A stretch of 64,000 bases of DNA, taken from the NCBI GenBank assembly GCA_012729455.1, contig JAAYDC010000014.1, forward strand, positions 100,692-164,691, in the 5' to 3' direction. This DNA comes from Chloroflexota bacterium (lineage in GTDB: Bacteria > Chloroflexota > Anaerolineae > UBA1429). The notes beneath the pieces were generated by a model. That model was not told where the DNA came from, searched no databases, and was given only the letters and a program-made list of their open reading frames with translations. The position numbers were made by a program, and so were the translations under genes. Position 1 is the stretch's first letter; each line of letters opens with the position of its first letter. Positions 8,798 to 17,994 of the stretch are shown here, in pieces.

Positions 8798-9550
8798 ATG
8801 ACCTTTCTCAGTGCTTTATCCGCCATCGATAAATCCAGCGCAGTGCCCTATTACTACCAGCTGGCCGAGATCCTGCGACGGCAACTGGATAGCCGCGCTT
8901 CACGCGGCGAGGTACTGCAGTTGCCTTCTGAAAACGAACTGTCCGAGCATTTTGTCCTCTCGCGCGCCACGGTGCGCCACGCGCTGGATATCCTCGAGAC
9001 CGAGGGCTGGATCTATCGCCAAAAGGGCAAGGGCGCCTTTGCGCCTTTCCGGCGCGTGCAGCATGAGCTCACACAGCTGGTCTCGACCACCGAAGACATG
9101 CAGCGGCGCGGCTGGCCGCTCGAGACGCGGCTGTTGAGTTGCGAGCTGCTGCCCTCTCCTGCCTATGCTGCCGATGCGCTCGAGATTGGCCAAGAGACGG
9201 CCATCTACCGCTTGGAGCGCCTGCGGCTGGTGGATGGCGAGCCGCTCAGCCTGCAGATTTCGCACCTGCCGGCCAGCTTGTGCCCGGGACTCGAACAGCA
9301 TGCCGAAGCCGGCTCGCTCTACCGCCTGTTGGAAGAGCGCTATGCACTAAAGCTGTGGAATGCCCAAGAAGTGCTGCGCGCACGCCCGGTTTCTCCGTAT
9401 GAGGCTGATCTGCTCGACGTGCGCGAAGGAGCTTGCACGCTCTATATAGAACGGGTAACGTATAACACAGAAGGAATCCCGGTCGAGTACCTGGAGTCTG
9501 TCTGGCGCGGCGACCGTTACGACTTTACCGTACATCTCACCCGCAGTTGA
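8798..9550 (+). CDS. GntR/HutC-family transcriptional regulator (winged HTH plus UTRA effector domain)
   Basis: 250 aa. HTH LPSENELSEHFVLSRATVRHALDILETEGWIYRQKGKGAF. C-terminal UTRA-like domain. Confidence 0.85.
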   Translation: MTFLSALSAIDKSSAVPYYYQLAEILRRQLDSRASRGEVLQLPSENELSEHFVLSRATVRHALDILETEGWIYRQKGKGAFAPFRRVQHELTQLVSTTEDMQRRGWPLETRLLSCELLPSPAYAADALEIGQETAIYRLERLRLVDGEPLSLQISHLPASLCPGLEQHAEAGSLYRLLEERYALKLWNAQEVLRARPVSPYEADLLDVREGACTLYIERVTYNTEGIPVEYLESVWRGDRYDFTVHLTRS

Positions 9551-9568
9551 GCGCCTGAAGGAGGAAAC

Positions 9569-10546
9569 ATGAAGTTTTCGGCCAACATCAACACCTTTAA
9601 TGCCTGTGCCGACCGCTATGTGCTGAGCGGATACGGCGAACGCCTCGATTCAGACGCGCTGATCCGAGCCGCTACCCAGGTGCCCGATCTGACGGGCGTA
9701 GAGCTGGTGGGCATGTGGCACGTCAATGACAACAATGTCGAGCAACTGCGCCGCCAACTGGCCGATGTTAACCTGGCGGTTACCTGCATCACACCCGATA
9801 TCTGGGCTTCCAGCAAGTGGGGCTGGGGGTCATTTACGTCGCCTGACCCAGCCATCCGCGCGGATGCCATCCGTGAGGTGCAAAAATCGATGGGCTGGGC
9901 CAAGCAGATGAACTGCGATATCGTCGATCTGTGGTTTGGGCAGGATGGCTACGACTATCCCATGCAGGGCGACTACCAGACCGCATGGGATCGGATCATC
10001 GAGGGCACCATCGCCTGCGCCGAATATATGCCGGATATCAATCTGGTGATCGAGTACAAGCCCAAGGAACCGCGCACGCACTGTTATATCTCCACGGTCG
10101 GCAAGACGCTCTTGCTGATCGACAAGGTCAACAAGCCCAACGTGGGCGCCATGATCGACGTCGGCCACACTCTCCAAGCCTACGAGGATGCCGCCGAATC
10201 GGCCGCGCTGCTGGATTACTTTGGTAAAAAGCTGATGTACATGCACTTTAACGATAACTGGCGCCTGTGGGATGACGACATGACCGCCGGTTCGGTGCAC
10301 ACCATCGAGCTGCTGGAACTGCTCTACTGGCTCGACCACATCGGTTATGACGGCTGGTATGCGCTCGACATCTTCCCTTACCGCGAGGATGGCATCCGCG
10401 CCGCCACTGAGAGCATCAAGTGGATCCAGGGCCTCTACGGGCTGCTCGACAAGATCGGGCGCGATAATATCACCTCTGCTATTGAGCAGGGTGATGCTAT
10501 GCAGGTATCCAGCCTGGTAAGAACCGCTTTACTGGGCAATTCATAA
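9569..10546 (+). CDS. Xylose-isomerase-like TIM-barrel sugar (phosphate) isomerase/epimerase
   Basis: 325 aa. GAAGGAGG RBS. TIM-barrel sugar isomerase signatures (EYKPKEP, DVGH, HFNDN). Confidence 0.8.
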   Translation: MKFSANINTFNACADRYVLSGYGERLDSDALIRAATQVPDLTGVELVGMWHVNDNNVEQLRRQLADVNLAVTCITPDIWASSKWGWGSFTSPDPAIRADAIREVQKSMGWAKQMNCDIVDLWFGQDGYDYPMQGDYQTAWDRIIEGTIACAEYMPDINLVIEYKPKEPRTHCYISTVGKTLLLIDKVNKPNVGAMIDVGHTLQAYEDAAESAALLDYFGKKLMYMHFNDNWRLWDDDMTAGSVHTIELLELLYWLDHIGYDGWYALDIFPYREDGIRAATESIKWIQGLYGLLDKIGRDNITSAIEQGDAMQVSSLVRTALLGNS

Positions 10547-10557
10547 ACGCTGGAGGA

Positions 10558-11913
10558 ATGATGACCAAGCAACTGTACGACCCGCATATGTTTAACTATA
10601 TGTGGGAAAGCCTCGACCGCGACCGTTTTGTAGTAGGCACCTACTATATCGAAGATACCCTGGAAGGGGTCGATTTTATCGACCACCTTATGCAGGTGCA
10701 GCGCCTGGCGCTAGAGGGCTCGACTGCCAGCTGGATGGAAGTAAAGGAAGAGACCCCTGAAGTGCGTGAACGCCTCTCGAGCAAGGTTCTGAACTATTTA
10801 GAGATCCCCGCGTCCAAGGGCACAAAAAAAGCCATTGTGCAGCTGGCCTTTCCCATCGCTGCCTGGGAAGAGAACGTCAACGTGCCGATGATGCTGCTCT
10901 CGATCATGGGCAACATCCCGGCATTTACCAACAAGATGCGTATGCTCGATCTGTATGTGCCGCCGACGGTAGCCGCTAAACTGGGCGGACCCAAGTTCGG
11001 CATCCCCGATCTGCGCGAAAAGCTGGGCGTCTACGACCGCCCGCTCATACTGCAGATCATCAAACCCAAGATGGGCATGTCGCCCCAGGAGACGGCCGAC
11101 CAGGTCTACCAGACCGCTCTGGGCGGGGCTGACCTGTGCAAAGACGACGAGATGTGCTCCGAGCTCTCCAACTCGCGTTTTGAAGACCGCCTCGAGGCCG
11201 TGTTAAAGGCACTCGACAAGGCCGAAAAAGAGACCGGTCACAAGACCCTCTACATGGTGAGCATCACCGACGAGGCCGACCGAGTGGTCGAAAAGGCACG
11301 CCGTGCGGTAAAGCTGGGCGCCACAGGCCTCCTGTATGCCTACTCGGCAGGGCTTTCGTCGCTTAAGACGATCGCCAACGACCCCGAGATCAATGTGCCG
11401 ATCCTGCTGCACGTCTCGCACATGATGGCGCTCTTGCCCTCGATGAACTTTCCGGTGCTTTCAAAGCTGTGCCGTATGTGCGGCGCCGACATGATGCTCA
11501 CGCCTTCGATCTGGTCGAGCATCCCGGTGGCCTCGGCCGAAGAGTGCGGCCGTGTGGCGCAGACCCTGCAGGCACCCTTTTATAATCTAAAGCCCACCTG
11601 GCCGATGCCCGCCGCGGGCATGTATCCCGGCCTGATCGACGTGCTGATCCAGGAAAACGGCTTAGACTTTATCGTTCCGGCGGGTGGTGGTATGCTGGGG
11701 CATCCGATGGGCTACAAGGCCGGGGCCATGGCCTGGCGCCAGGCAATCGACGCCGTCACCAAGGATGGCATCAGCCTGCAGGAAGCCGCTCGCAAATACA
11801 AGGAATTTGGCGCCGCCGCCGAGCTATGGGGCATTCGCACCCGCCCGGTGACGCCGTGGGGGTATTCCGGGCCGGATTACCACCCCAAGTTCGCGCCCAA
11901 GAACCTGGGTTGA
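10558..11913 (+). CDS. RuBisCO large-subunit-like protein (RLP, form IV-like)
   Basis: 451 aa. IKPKMGMS matches the IKPKLG motif (K175/K177 equivalents). GGADLCKDDE matches GGLDFTKDDE (carbamylated-Lys/Asp/Glu metal site). PAGGGMLGHPMG matches the GG phosphate-binding loop. No small-subunit gene nearby. Confidence 0.8.
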   Translation: MMTKQLYDPHMFNYMWESLDRDRFVVGTYYIEDTLEGVDFIDHLMQVQRLALEGSTASWMEVKEETPEVRERLSSKVLNYLEIPASKGTKKAIVQLAFPIAAWEENVNVPMMLLSIMGNIPAFTNKMRMLDLYVPPTVAAKLGGPKFGIPDLREKLGVYDRPLILQIIKPKMGMSPQETADQVYQTALGGADLCKDDEMCSELSNSRFEDRLEAVLKALDKAEKETGHKTLYMVSITDEADRVVEKARRAVKLGATGLLYAYSAGLSSLKTIANDPEINVPILLHVSHMMALLPSMNFPVLSKLCRMCGADMMLTPSIWSSIPVASAEECGRVAQTLQAPFYNLKPTWPMPAAGMYPGLIDVLIQENGLDFIVPAGGGMLGHPMGYKAGAMAWRQAIDAVTKDGISLQEAARKYKEFGAAAELWGIRTRPVTPWGYSGPDYHPKFAPKNLG

Positions 11914-11979
11914 TCGCGTTTTATAACTGGTGCGCCCGCCGTATTGGGGCGCACCAGCATGTTCGTTAAGGGAGCGTGT

Positions 11980-12948
11980 ATGTCAGAGTTTTCATTGCTG
12001 GATATGTACCGCAAAATGCTGCTGATCCGCCGCTTTGAGGAGCGCTGCAACGAGCTGTATATGCAGGGGCGCATCCCATCGACGCTGCACCTCTACATCG
12101 GCCAGGAGGCTGTGGCAGTGGGCGCCTGTGCGCCATTGACGGATGCCGACTATCTTTTTAGTACCCATCGTCCGCACGGCCACGCCCTGGCCAAGGGCGT
12201 CAGCCCACGCTCGATCATGGCAGAGCTCTTTGCCAAGGTCACAGGCTGCTGCAAGGGCAAGGGCGGCTCGATGCACGTCGGTGATATGCGCGTCGGCATG
12301 TTCCCGGCTGTGGCGATCGTGGGAGCCAACATCCCGCTGGCGGCTGGCGCTGCCCTGGCGGCCAAGCGCCTGAACGACGGACGCGTGACAGCCTGCTTTT
12401 TCGGCGACGGAGCCGCCAACGAAGGCGCCTTCCATGAAGGCTTGAATATGGCGGCGATCTGGAAGCTGCCTGTAGTATATTTCTGCGAAAACAACCTCTA
12501 CGCCGCTTCCACGCCTTTCAGCACGGCGTTCAACATCAAGCAGGTGGCCGACCGCGCTGCCAGCTATGGCATCCCCGGGATCGTGGTGGATGGCTATGAC
12601 GTCGAGAGTGTGGCTGAGGTAGCTGAGGAAGCCTACAATCGCGCGCGCCGCGGCGACGGCCCCACTCTGGTGGAATGCATGACCTACCGCCTGTGCGGGC
12701 ATTCGCGCAGCGACCCGCGCACCTACCGCACCAAGGAAGAAGAGGCCGAGTGGCAAGCGCGTGACGTGATCCCAACTACCGCCTCGCGGCTGCTTGATCG
12801 CGGCCTGGCTACGCAGGAGCGCATCGACCAGTTCGAAGCGGAAGTCAAAGCCGAGATCGACGACGCGGTGCAGTTTGCCGAAGAGAGTCCTTATCCCGAA
12901 CCGCACGAACTGATGGAAGATATCTTTGCGCCGGAGGCTGCCCTATGA
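11980..12948 (+). CDS. TPP-dependent 2-oxoacid/acetoin dehydrogenase E1 alpha subunit
   Basis: TPP motif GDGAANEG...NN. High similarity to the PdhA/AcoA family. Start chosen at MSEF after the AAGGGAG RBS. Confidence 0.85.
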   Translation: MSEFSLLDMYRKMLLIRRFEERCNELYMQGRIPSTLHLYIGQEAVAVGACAPLTDADYLFSTHRPHGHALAKGVSPRSIMAELFAKVTGCCKGKGGSMHVGDMRVGMFPAVAIVGANIPLAAGAALAAKRLNDGRVTACFFGDGAANEGAFHEGLNMAAIWKLPVVYFCENNLYAASTPFSTAFNIKQVADRAASYGIPGIVVDGYDVESVAEVAEEAYNRARRGDGPTLVECMTYRLCGHSRSDPRTYRTKEEEAEWQARDVIPTTASRLLDRGLATQERIDQFEAEVKAEIDDAVQFAEESPYPEPHELMEDIFAPEAAL

Positions 12949-13958
12949 GCCAGATGAGTATTGCCCAAGCCCTGCGCCAGGCGATCCGCGAAGAGATGCT
13001 GCGCGACGAGCGCGTCTATTGCATCGGTGAGGATATCGGCGTCCCGGGCGGTTTTGGCGGCGCATTTACCGTCACGCTCGGGCTTTCGGACGAGTTCGGC
13101 CGCGAGCGCATCCTGGATACCCCCATTTCCGAGATCGGCCTGGCGGGCGTGGCGATCGGTTCGGCTTGTGCCGGCATGCGCCCGATCGCTGACGTGCAGT
13201 ATGGCGACTTTTTGTTCTGTATGATGGACCAGCTGGCCAACCAGGCGGCCAAGATGCGCTACATGTCGGGCGGCACGATCAAGGTACCGATGGTGATGCG
13301 CGCACCGGTGGGCTCGACAAGCCGCGGCGCTCAGCACGCCCAGAGCCTAGAGGCGTTTTTCACGCACATCCCTGGGTTAAAGGTCGTGGCGCCCGCCACC
13401 GCCTACGACGCCAAGGGACTGCTCAAGGCTGCCGTGCGCGATGATAACCCCGTGATCGTCTTTGAGCACAAGCTGCTGTATGGCAGCAAGGGTCCGCGTT
13501 CCGAGCGCGGCGCGCTCAGCCCGATCGGCGAGGTGCCGGATGACGACTATATCGTGCCGATTGGCAAGGGCATCATCCGCCGCAAGGGCAAAGATGTCAC
13601 CATCGTCGGCAAGCTGTTGACGCTTTACCGCGCCCTGGGAGCCGCCGATGAGCTTGCCAAAGAAGGCATCGAGGCCGAGGTGATCGACCCGCGCACCCTT
13701 GTTCCGCTGGATAAAGACCTGATCCTCGAATCGGTGCGCAAGACCGGCCGGCTGGTGATCGTCGAGGAAGATAACCTCACCGGCGGATGGGCCGGCGATA
13801 TTGCCGCCATCGTGGCCGAAGAGGCTTTCTACTGGCTGGACACGCCCATCAAACGCCTCTCGGCACCAGATGCGCCCGCGCCCTTTGCGCCAGTGCTCGA
13901 ACAGCTGTATGTTCCCAGCGTCGCAAACGTCGTGCAGGCCGTCAAGAGCCTCTTTTAG
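12945..13958 (+). CDS. 2-oxoacid/acetoin dehydrogenase E1 beta subunit (transketolase-like)
   Basis: 337 aa. PdhB/AcoB-like throughout. ATGA overlap with E1 alpha. Confidence 0.9.
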   Translation: MSQMSIAQALRQAIREEMLRDERVYCIGEDIGVPGGFGGAFTVTLGLSDEFGRERILDTPISEIGLAGVAIGSACAGMRPIADVQYGDFLFCMMDQLANQAAKMRYMSGGTIKVPMVMRAPVGSTSRGAQHAQSLEAFFTHIPGLKVVAPATAYDAKGLLKAAVRDDNPVIVFEHKLLYGSKGPRSERGALSPIGEVPDDDYIVPIGKGIIRRKGKDVTIVGKLLTLYRALGAADELAKEGIEAEVIDPRTLVPLDKDLILESVRKTGRLVIVEEDNLTGGWAGDIAAIVAEEAFYWLDTPIKRLSAPDAPAPFAPVLEQLYVPSVANVVQAVKSLF

Positions 13959-13969
13959 GGAGTGGTGAA

Positions 13970-15019
13970 ATGCCCAAGCAAGTGTTGGTGCCACCCCTCG
14001 GGACGACTGTCGATACCATCACGCTGGTCGAGTGGCTCAAACAGCCCGGCGAAGCCGTAACGCACGGCGAGCCGTTATTTGTGATCGAGACCGACAAGGC
14101 TAACCTGGATGTCGAGGCGCCCGCCACGGGCATTCTCACCCAGGTGAGCGCACAACCCGGTGACGAGTTGACCGCCCTGACGGTGATCGCGCTGATCGCC
14201 GAAGAGGGCGAGGCGCCGAAGACTCCTGCTCCTGCTACGGCATCCGCGCCCGCAGCCGAACCCGCGGAGGTTCAAGCCCCCGTTGCCAAGCCCGAACCGG
14301 CTGCCGCGGTATCTTCCAGTGCCCCAATCTGCCGTGAAAGGGTGTTCATTTCGCCGCGCGCCAGACGCCTGGCTGAGGCGCATAATGTGCCGATCGCAGG
14401 GCTGGTGGCAACCGGACCCGAGGGCGCCATCATCGAGCGGGATGTGCGCGCCTGGCTGGAGGCACATCCTGCGAGCATGCCGGCTGCGCCCGCTCAGACC
14501 GCTGTGTCAGCGCGTTATACGCTGCAGGCTGAGTTCGACCCGGCCGAATTGCTGGATTGGCAAGACGCCTTGCGTACCTCCAAGCGTCAACCCAGTATCC
14601 TGCAGGTGGTGTTGCTGACCGCCCTGAGAATGCTGGCGGCCGAACCGCTTAACGCGCCGGATGGCAGCGAACTGGGCCTGGCTATGGCTGAACTGAGCGA
14701 CACAGGCCTGCGCTACCGGCCGCTGCCGCTCGCGAGCGCCCTGAATATGGCAAGGCTGCAAAAAGTTTTAGAGACCGAGCCTCAGGAGGCATTTTCGCAG
14801 GGGATCGCCCTGCTGGATGCCGGCGCACTGGGGCTGGATGTGCTGACGCCGAGCGATGCGAGCGTGCCCATGATCAGCATCGGCCGCGTGCGGCGTGGGC
14901 GCCCCGCCTGGCTGAGCGTGAGTGCTGATCCGAGCGCGTTGAGTGCACTGCAGGCAGCCAGCTGGTTGGCACGGCTTGTCAACCTGCTGGATGATCCGCA
15001 GCAGGTATTAGCAATCTAA
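13970..15019 (+). CDS. E2-like lipoyl protein. Has a lipoyl domain, a peripheral-subunit-binding domain and a degenerate acyltransferase domain lacking the catalytic His
   Basis: Lipoyl motif IETDKANLDVEAP. PSBD RARRLAEAHNVPIAGLVATGPEGAIIERDV. Where E2 enzymes have ...SxDHRxxDGA the sequence reads LSVSADPSALSALQAAS, so His, Arg and Asp-Gly are lost. Start at ATG 13970 after the AGGGAGTGG RBS; the track ORF start at 13787 overlaps E1 beta and is rejected. Confidence 0.7.
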   Translation: MPKQVLVPPLGTTVDTITLVEWLKQPGEAVTHGEPLFVIETDKANLDVEAPATGILTQVSAQPGDELTALTVIALIAEEGEAPKTPAPATASAPAAEPAEVQAPVAKPEPAAAVSSSAPICRERVFISPRARRLAEAHNVPIAGLVATGPEGAIIERDVRAWLEAHPASMPAAPAQTAVSARYTLQAEFDPAELLDWQDALRTSKRQPSILQVVLLTALRMLAAEPLNAPDGSELGLAMAELSDTGLRYRPLPLASALNMARLQKVLETEPQEAFSQGIALLDAGALGLDVLTPSDASVPMISIGRVRRGRPAWLSVSADPSALSALQAASWLARLVNLLDDPQQVLAI

Positions 15020-15034
15020 CAAGGAGAAGGAATC

Positions 15035-16522
15035 ATGGCAGATTCACTGGCGATGCTGGCATTTGACCTGGGGGCCGAAAGCGGACGTGCAATCATTGGT
15101 ACGCTTGCCGACGACAAGCTTAACCTGCAGGAAGTGCACCGTTTTGCCAACCGGCCGATCTGCCTGCCGGATGGCCTGCACTGGGATAGCCTGCACCTTT
15201 TTGCCGAAATCCTGACGGGGTTGAGTAAAGCCGCCGCGGTCGAGGGAGTCGAGATTGCCTCGATCGGCCTGGATACCTGGGGGGTCGATTTTGCCCTGCT
15301 GGATAGCGCCGGCTCGCTTCTGGGGCTGCCCTTTCACTATCGGGATTCCCGAACCGACGGCATGCTCGAGGCTGCCTTTGCCAGGGTGCCGCGCGAAGAG
15401 ATCTTTGCCGTCACGGGCATCCAGTTCATGCAGATCAGCACGCTCTACCAGCTGCTGGCGATGGCCATAGCCGATTCGCCCGCGCTGCGCGTCGCCAGCC
15501 ATCTGCTGACGATCCCCGACCTGCTCAATTACTGGCTCTCGGGGGTGATGGTCAACGAGTTCACCAACGCCACCACCACGCAGTGCTATAACCCGATCAC
15601 CGGCACCTGGGCTAAAGAGATGCTCGAGCGCATGGGGATCCCCTCGCACATCTTTGGCAAGGTAGTGCAGCCAGGCACAGTCATTGGCAGCCTGCGTGCC
15701 GACCTGGCCGAAGCCGCCGGACTGGCACCCATGCCGATCATCGCGCCGGCCTGCCACGACACCGGTTCGGCCGTCGCCGCGGTACCCAGCGCCGAACAGA
15801 ACTTTGCCTGGATCAGTTCGGGCACCTGGTCGATCATGGGCGTGGAATGGCCGGAGGCGCTCGTCAACGAGCAAAGCCTAGCATTCAACATCACCAACGA
15901 GGGCGGCATCGACGGCACCTGGCGCGTCTCCAAGAACATCATGGGGCTGTGGCTGGTGCAGGAAGCTCGCCGCACCTGGGGCCAGGAAGACGGCGTCACT
16001 GCCAGCTATGACGAGCTGGCCAAACTGGCCGCCGCGGCCGAGCCCTTTACCTCTGTAATCGACGTAGACGACGACACCTTCCTGCCGCCCGGCGACATGC
16101 CCGCGCGCGTGCGTGCCTATTGCAAGCGCACCGGCCAGCATGTACCAGAAGATAAGAGCCAGGTGATGCGTTGCATCTATGAAGGATTGGCATTAAAGTA
16201 CCGCTGGGTGCTCGAGCACATCGAAAAGATGCTCGGAACCCGCTTTGATGCGATCAACATCGTAGGCGGCGGTACCCAAGCCGAGATCCTTTCACAGTTT
16301 ACCGCCGATTGCACCGGCCGCACGGTGGTAACAGGCCCCGTCGAGGCCACTGCCATAGGCAACCTGCTGATGCAGGCACGCGCCCTTGGCAGGCTTTCAT
16401 CCAAAGAAGAGATGCGCGCGATCGTGCGCAACTCGACCGAACTGAACACCTACCAGCCGCGCTCGGACGCGCGCTGGGATGCGGCTCTGGCCAAACTGAA
16501 TGAACTGATCGCCAAATGTTAA
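15035..16522 (+). CDS. FGGY-family sugar kinase, rhamnulokinase-like
   Basis: 495 aa. RhaB-like blocks DLGAESGR, GLDTWGVDFALLD, YRDSRT, NATTTQ, ITNEGG, KNIMGLWL, VEATAIGN. Confidence 0.85.
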   Translation: MADSLAMLAFDLGAESGRAIIGTLADDKLNLQEVHRFANRPICLPDGLHWDSLHLFAEILTGLSKAAAVEGVEIASIGLDTWGVDFALLDSAGSLLGLPFHYRDSRTDGMLEAAFARVPREEIFAVTGIQFMQISTLYQLLAMAIADSPALRVASHLLTIPDLLNYWLSGVMVNEFTNATTTQCYNPITGTWAKEMLERMGIPSHIFGKVVQPGTVIGSLRADLAEAAGLAPMPIIAPACHDTGSAVAAVPSAEQNFAWISSGTWSIMGVEWPEALVNEQSLAFNITNEGGIDGTWRVSKNIMGLWLVQEARRTWGQEDGVTASYDELAKLAAAAEPFTSVIDVDDDTFLPPGDMPARVRAYCKRTGQHVPEDKSQVMRCIYEGLALKYRWVLEHIEKMLGTRFDAINIVGGGTQAEILSQFTADCTGRTVVTGPVEATAIGNLLMQARALGRLSSKEEMRAIVRNSTELNTYQPRSDARWDAALAKLNELIAKC

Positions 16523-17155
16523 CACCTGCAGGAGGCTACCTAGCAGTTAATCTGCGCAATTACGTGTTTCCGGATCATCTGCAGCCAAAGCATTCGGCCT
16601 TTTTAGGCTCTGTGGCACGCTGCTTTATGCCGCTGCCCGGTGGTGATGCCCCGCTGTGAACCGAGATTTTACCGGGGATCGAGATCACACGCATCACCGA
16701 TATAGCGCTGAAATCGACGTGTGTGCAGCCTAAAGAAATTCAGCAGCTTTAAAAATCGGACGCATGATCGGTACTTTGGTCGCCGTCATACAGGTGACCG
16801 TCTGGAGGGTATGCACTTTAGCGGTGCAAGAGCTCACCCGTACAACTGCCACGGCTGGGCTCCCAACGTGTGGCGGAGCGAGTGTGACGTACAACGGCGT
16901 GTAACCGGAACCGTGGTTGGCACGATGTATCATCCAAGCTTTGATGACCGCAAACTGCTTGTAGCGGCCAGGTGCAGCTTGCAGGGCGCGCTCCGGGGCT
17001 GATCATGCCATCGCCGTCGACCCGGTACAGCCCAGCGTGGGCGATGTGGTGCTGGGGCTCGATGAGAACGGCAGTGCCTGCACACTCACGGATATCGAAC
17101 CCGGCGGGGCGGTGCGCCCCGTTATAATTGGAATTGCGGACGAGGTGCAACTGAC

Positions 17156-17899
17156 ATGAGCTACATCTGTTCGGAGAAAGAGACTGCCCTGCGTGAGCAG
17201 ATCGTGCGCGTGGGCAAGCTGATGTATGGCCACGGCCTGATCGTGGGTGTCGACGGCAACATCTCGGCACGCCTCAGCAAAGACCGCATCCTGGTCACGC
17301 CCTCGGGCTTGTGCAAGGGGTTGATGAGTGTCGAACAGGTAATCGTGGTGGACCTAGAGGGCCGCAAAGTTGACAGCACCTCAGAAGCTAACCCCAATCT
17401 GCGCCCCACCAGCGAGACGCGCATGCACCTGGAAGTCTACCGCCAGCGCGACGATGTGGGCGGGGTGGTGCACGCCCATCCGGCTACCGCCATCGCGCTG
17501 AGTATCGCCGGTATTCCTCTGGCCGACCGCATGGTCCCCGAGGCGATTGTCAACCTCGGCCTGGTGCCCACCACCGAATATGCCACCCCCGCCAGCGAAG
17601 AAAACGTATACGCCATCCGCGGGCTGATCTCGGGACACGACGGCATCATCCTGCGCCGTCACGGCACACTCACAGTGGGCAAGGATCCCTGGCAGGCCTT
17701 TGTGCGCACCGAATTCCTCGCGCAGGTGGCGCGCATCACCCTGATACTGCACCAGCTTGGCGCGGGCGAACCGATCCCGGCCGAAGAGGTGCGCAAGCTG
17801 CTGGCACAGCGCAAGGCTTTTGGCTTTATGCGTCCTGGCGAGCTGAAAGAGTTCGCCGATATCTATGGCACCAGCTTTGACGATCAGGCTGGCAAGTAA
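17156..17899 (+). CDS. Class II aldolase/adducin-family protein (fuculose/rhamnulose-1-phosphate aldolase or related epimerase/decarboxylase)
   Basis: 247 aa. GNISAR, TPSG, HLEVY, VVHAHP motifs typical of the FucA/AraD/MtnB class II family. Confidence 0.85.
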   Translation: MSYICSEKETALREQIVRVGKLMYGHGLIVGVDGNISARLSKDRILVTPSGLCKGLMSVEQVIVVDLEGRKVDSTSEANPNLRPTSETRMHLEVYRQRDDVGGVVHAHPATAIALSIAGIPLADRMVPEAIVNLGLVPTTEYATPASEENVYAIRGLISGHDGIILRRHGTLTVGKDPWQAFVRTEFLAQVARITLILHQLGAGEPIPAEEVRKLLAQRKAFGFMRPGELKEFADIYGTSFDDQAGK

Positions 17900-17994
17900 C
17901 AGCCGGCTGAGCCCGAAACATTCGATGAGCAAGCCCCAGTGACCGCCATCACCGAGCAGATGATGTAACAGTCAAGTGGCGATAGGAGGATAAC

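Noticed and set aside
11992-12906. 304-aa minus-strand ORF antisense to the E1 alpha gene. Similar long antisense ORFs include 9830..10339, 19212..19898, 24436..25392, 47574..48362, 48848..49660 and 62394..63446
   Set aside because: They overlap well-supported genes on the opposite strand. They have Arg/Ala/Gly-rich low-complexity composition and no motifs. These are expected open frames in >60% GC DNA.
13787-13969. Upstream extension of the E2-like ORF (MGRRYCRHRG...)
   Set aside because: It overlaps the 3' end of the E1 beta gene in another frame. A good RBS and ATG at 13970 begin the lipoyl domain exactly.
16721-17002. 93-aa plus-strand ORF and 16818..17270 minus-strand ORF in the kinase-aldolase gap
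   Set aside because: No protein-like composition or motifs. The gap is reported as a finding instead; only the short terminal frame coupled to the aldolase start looks protein-like.
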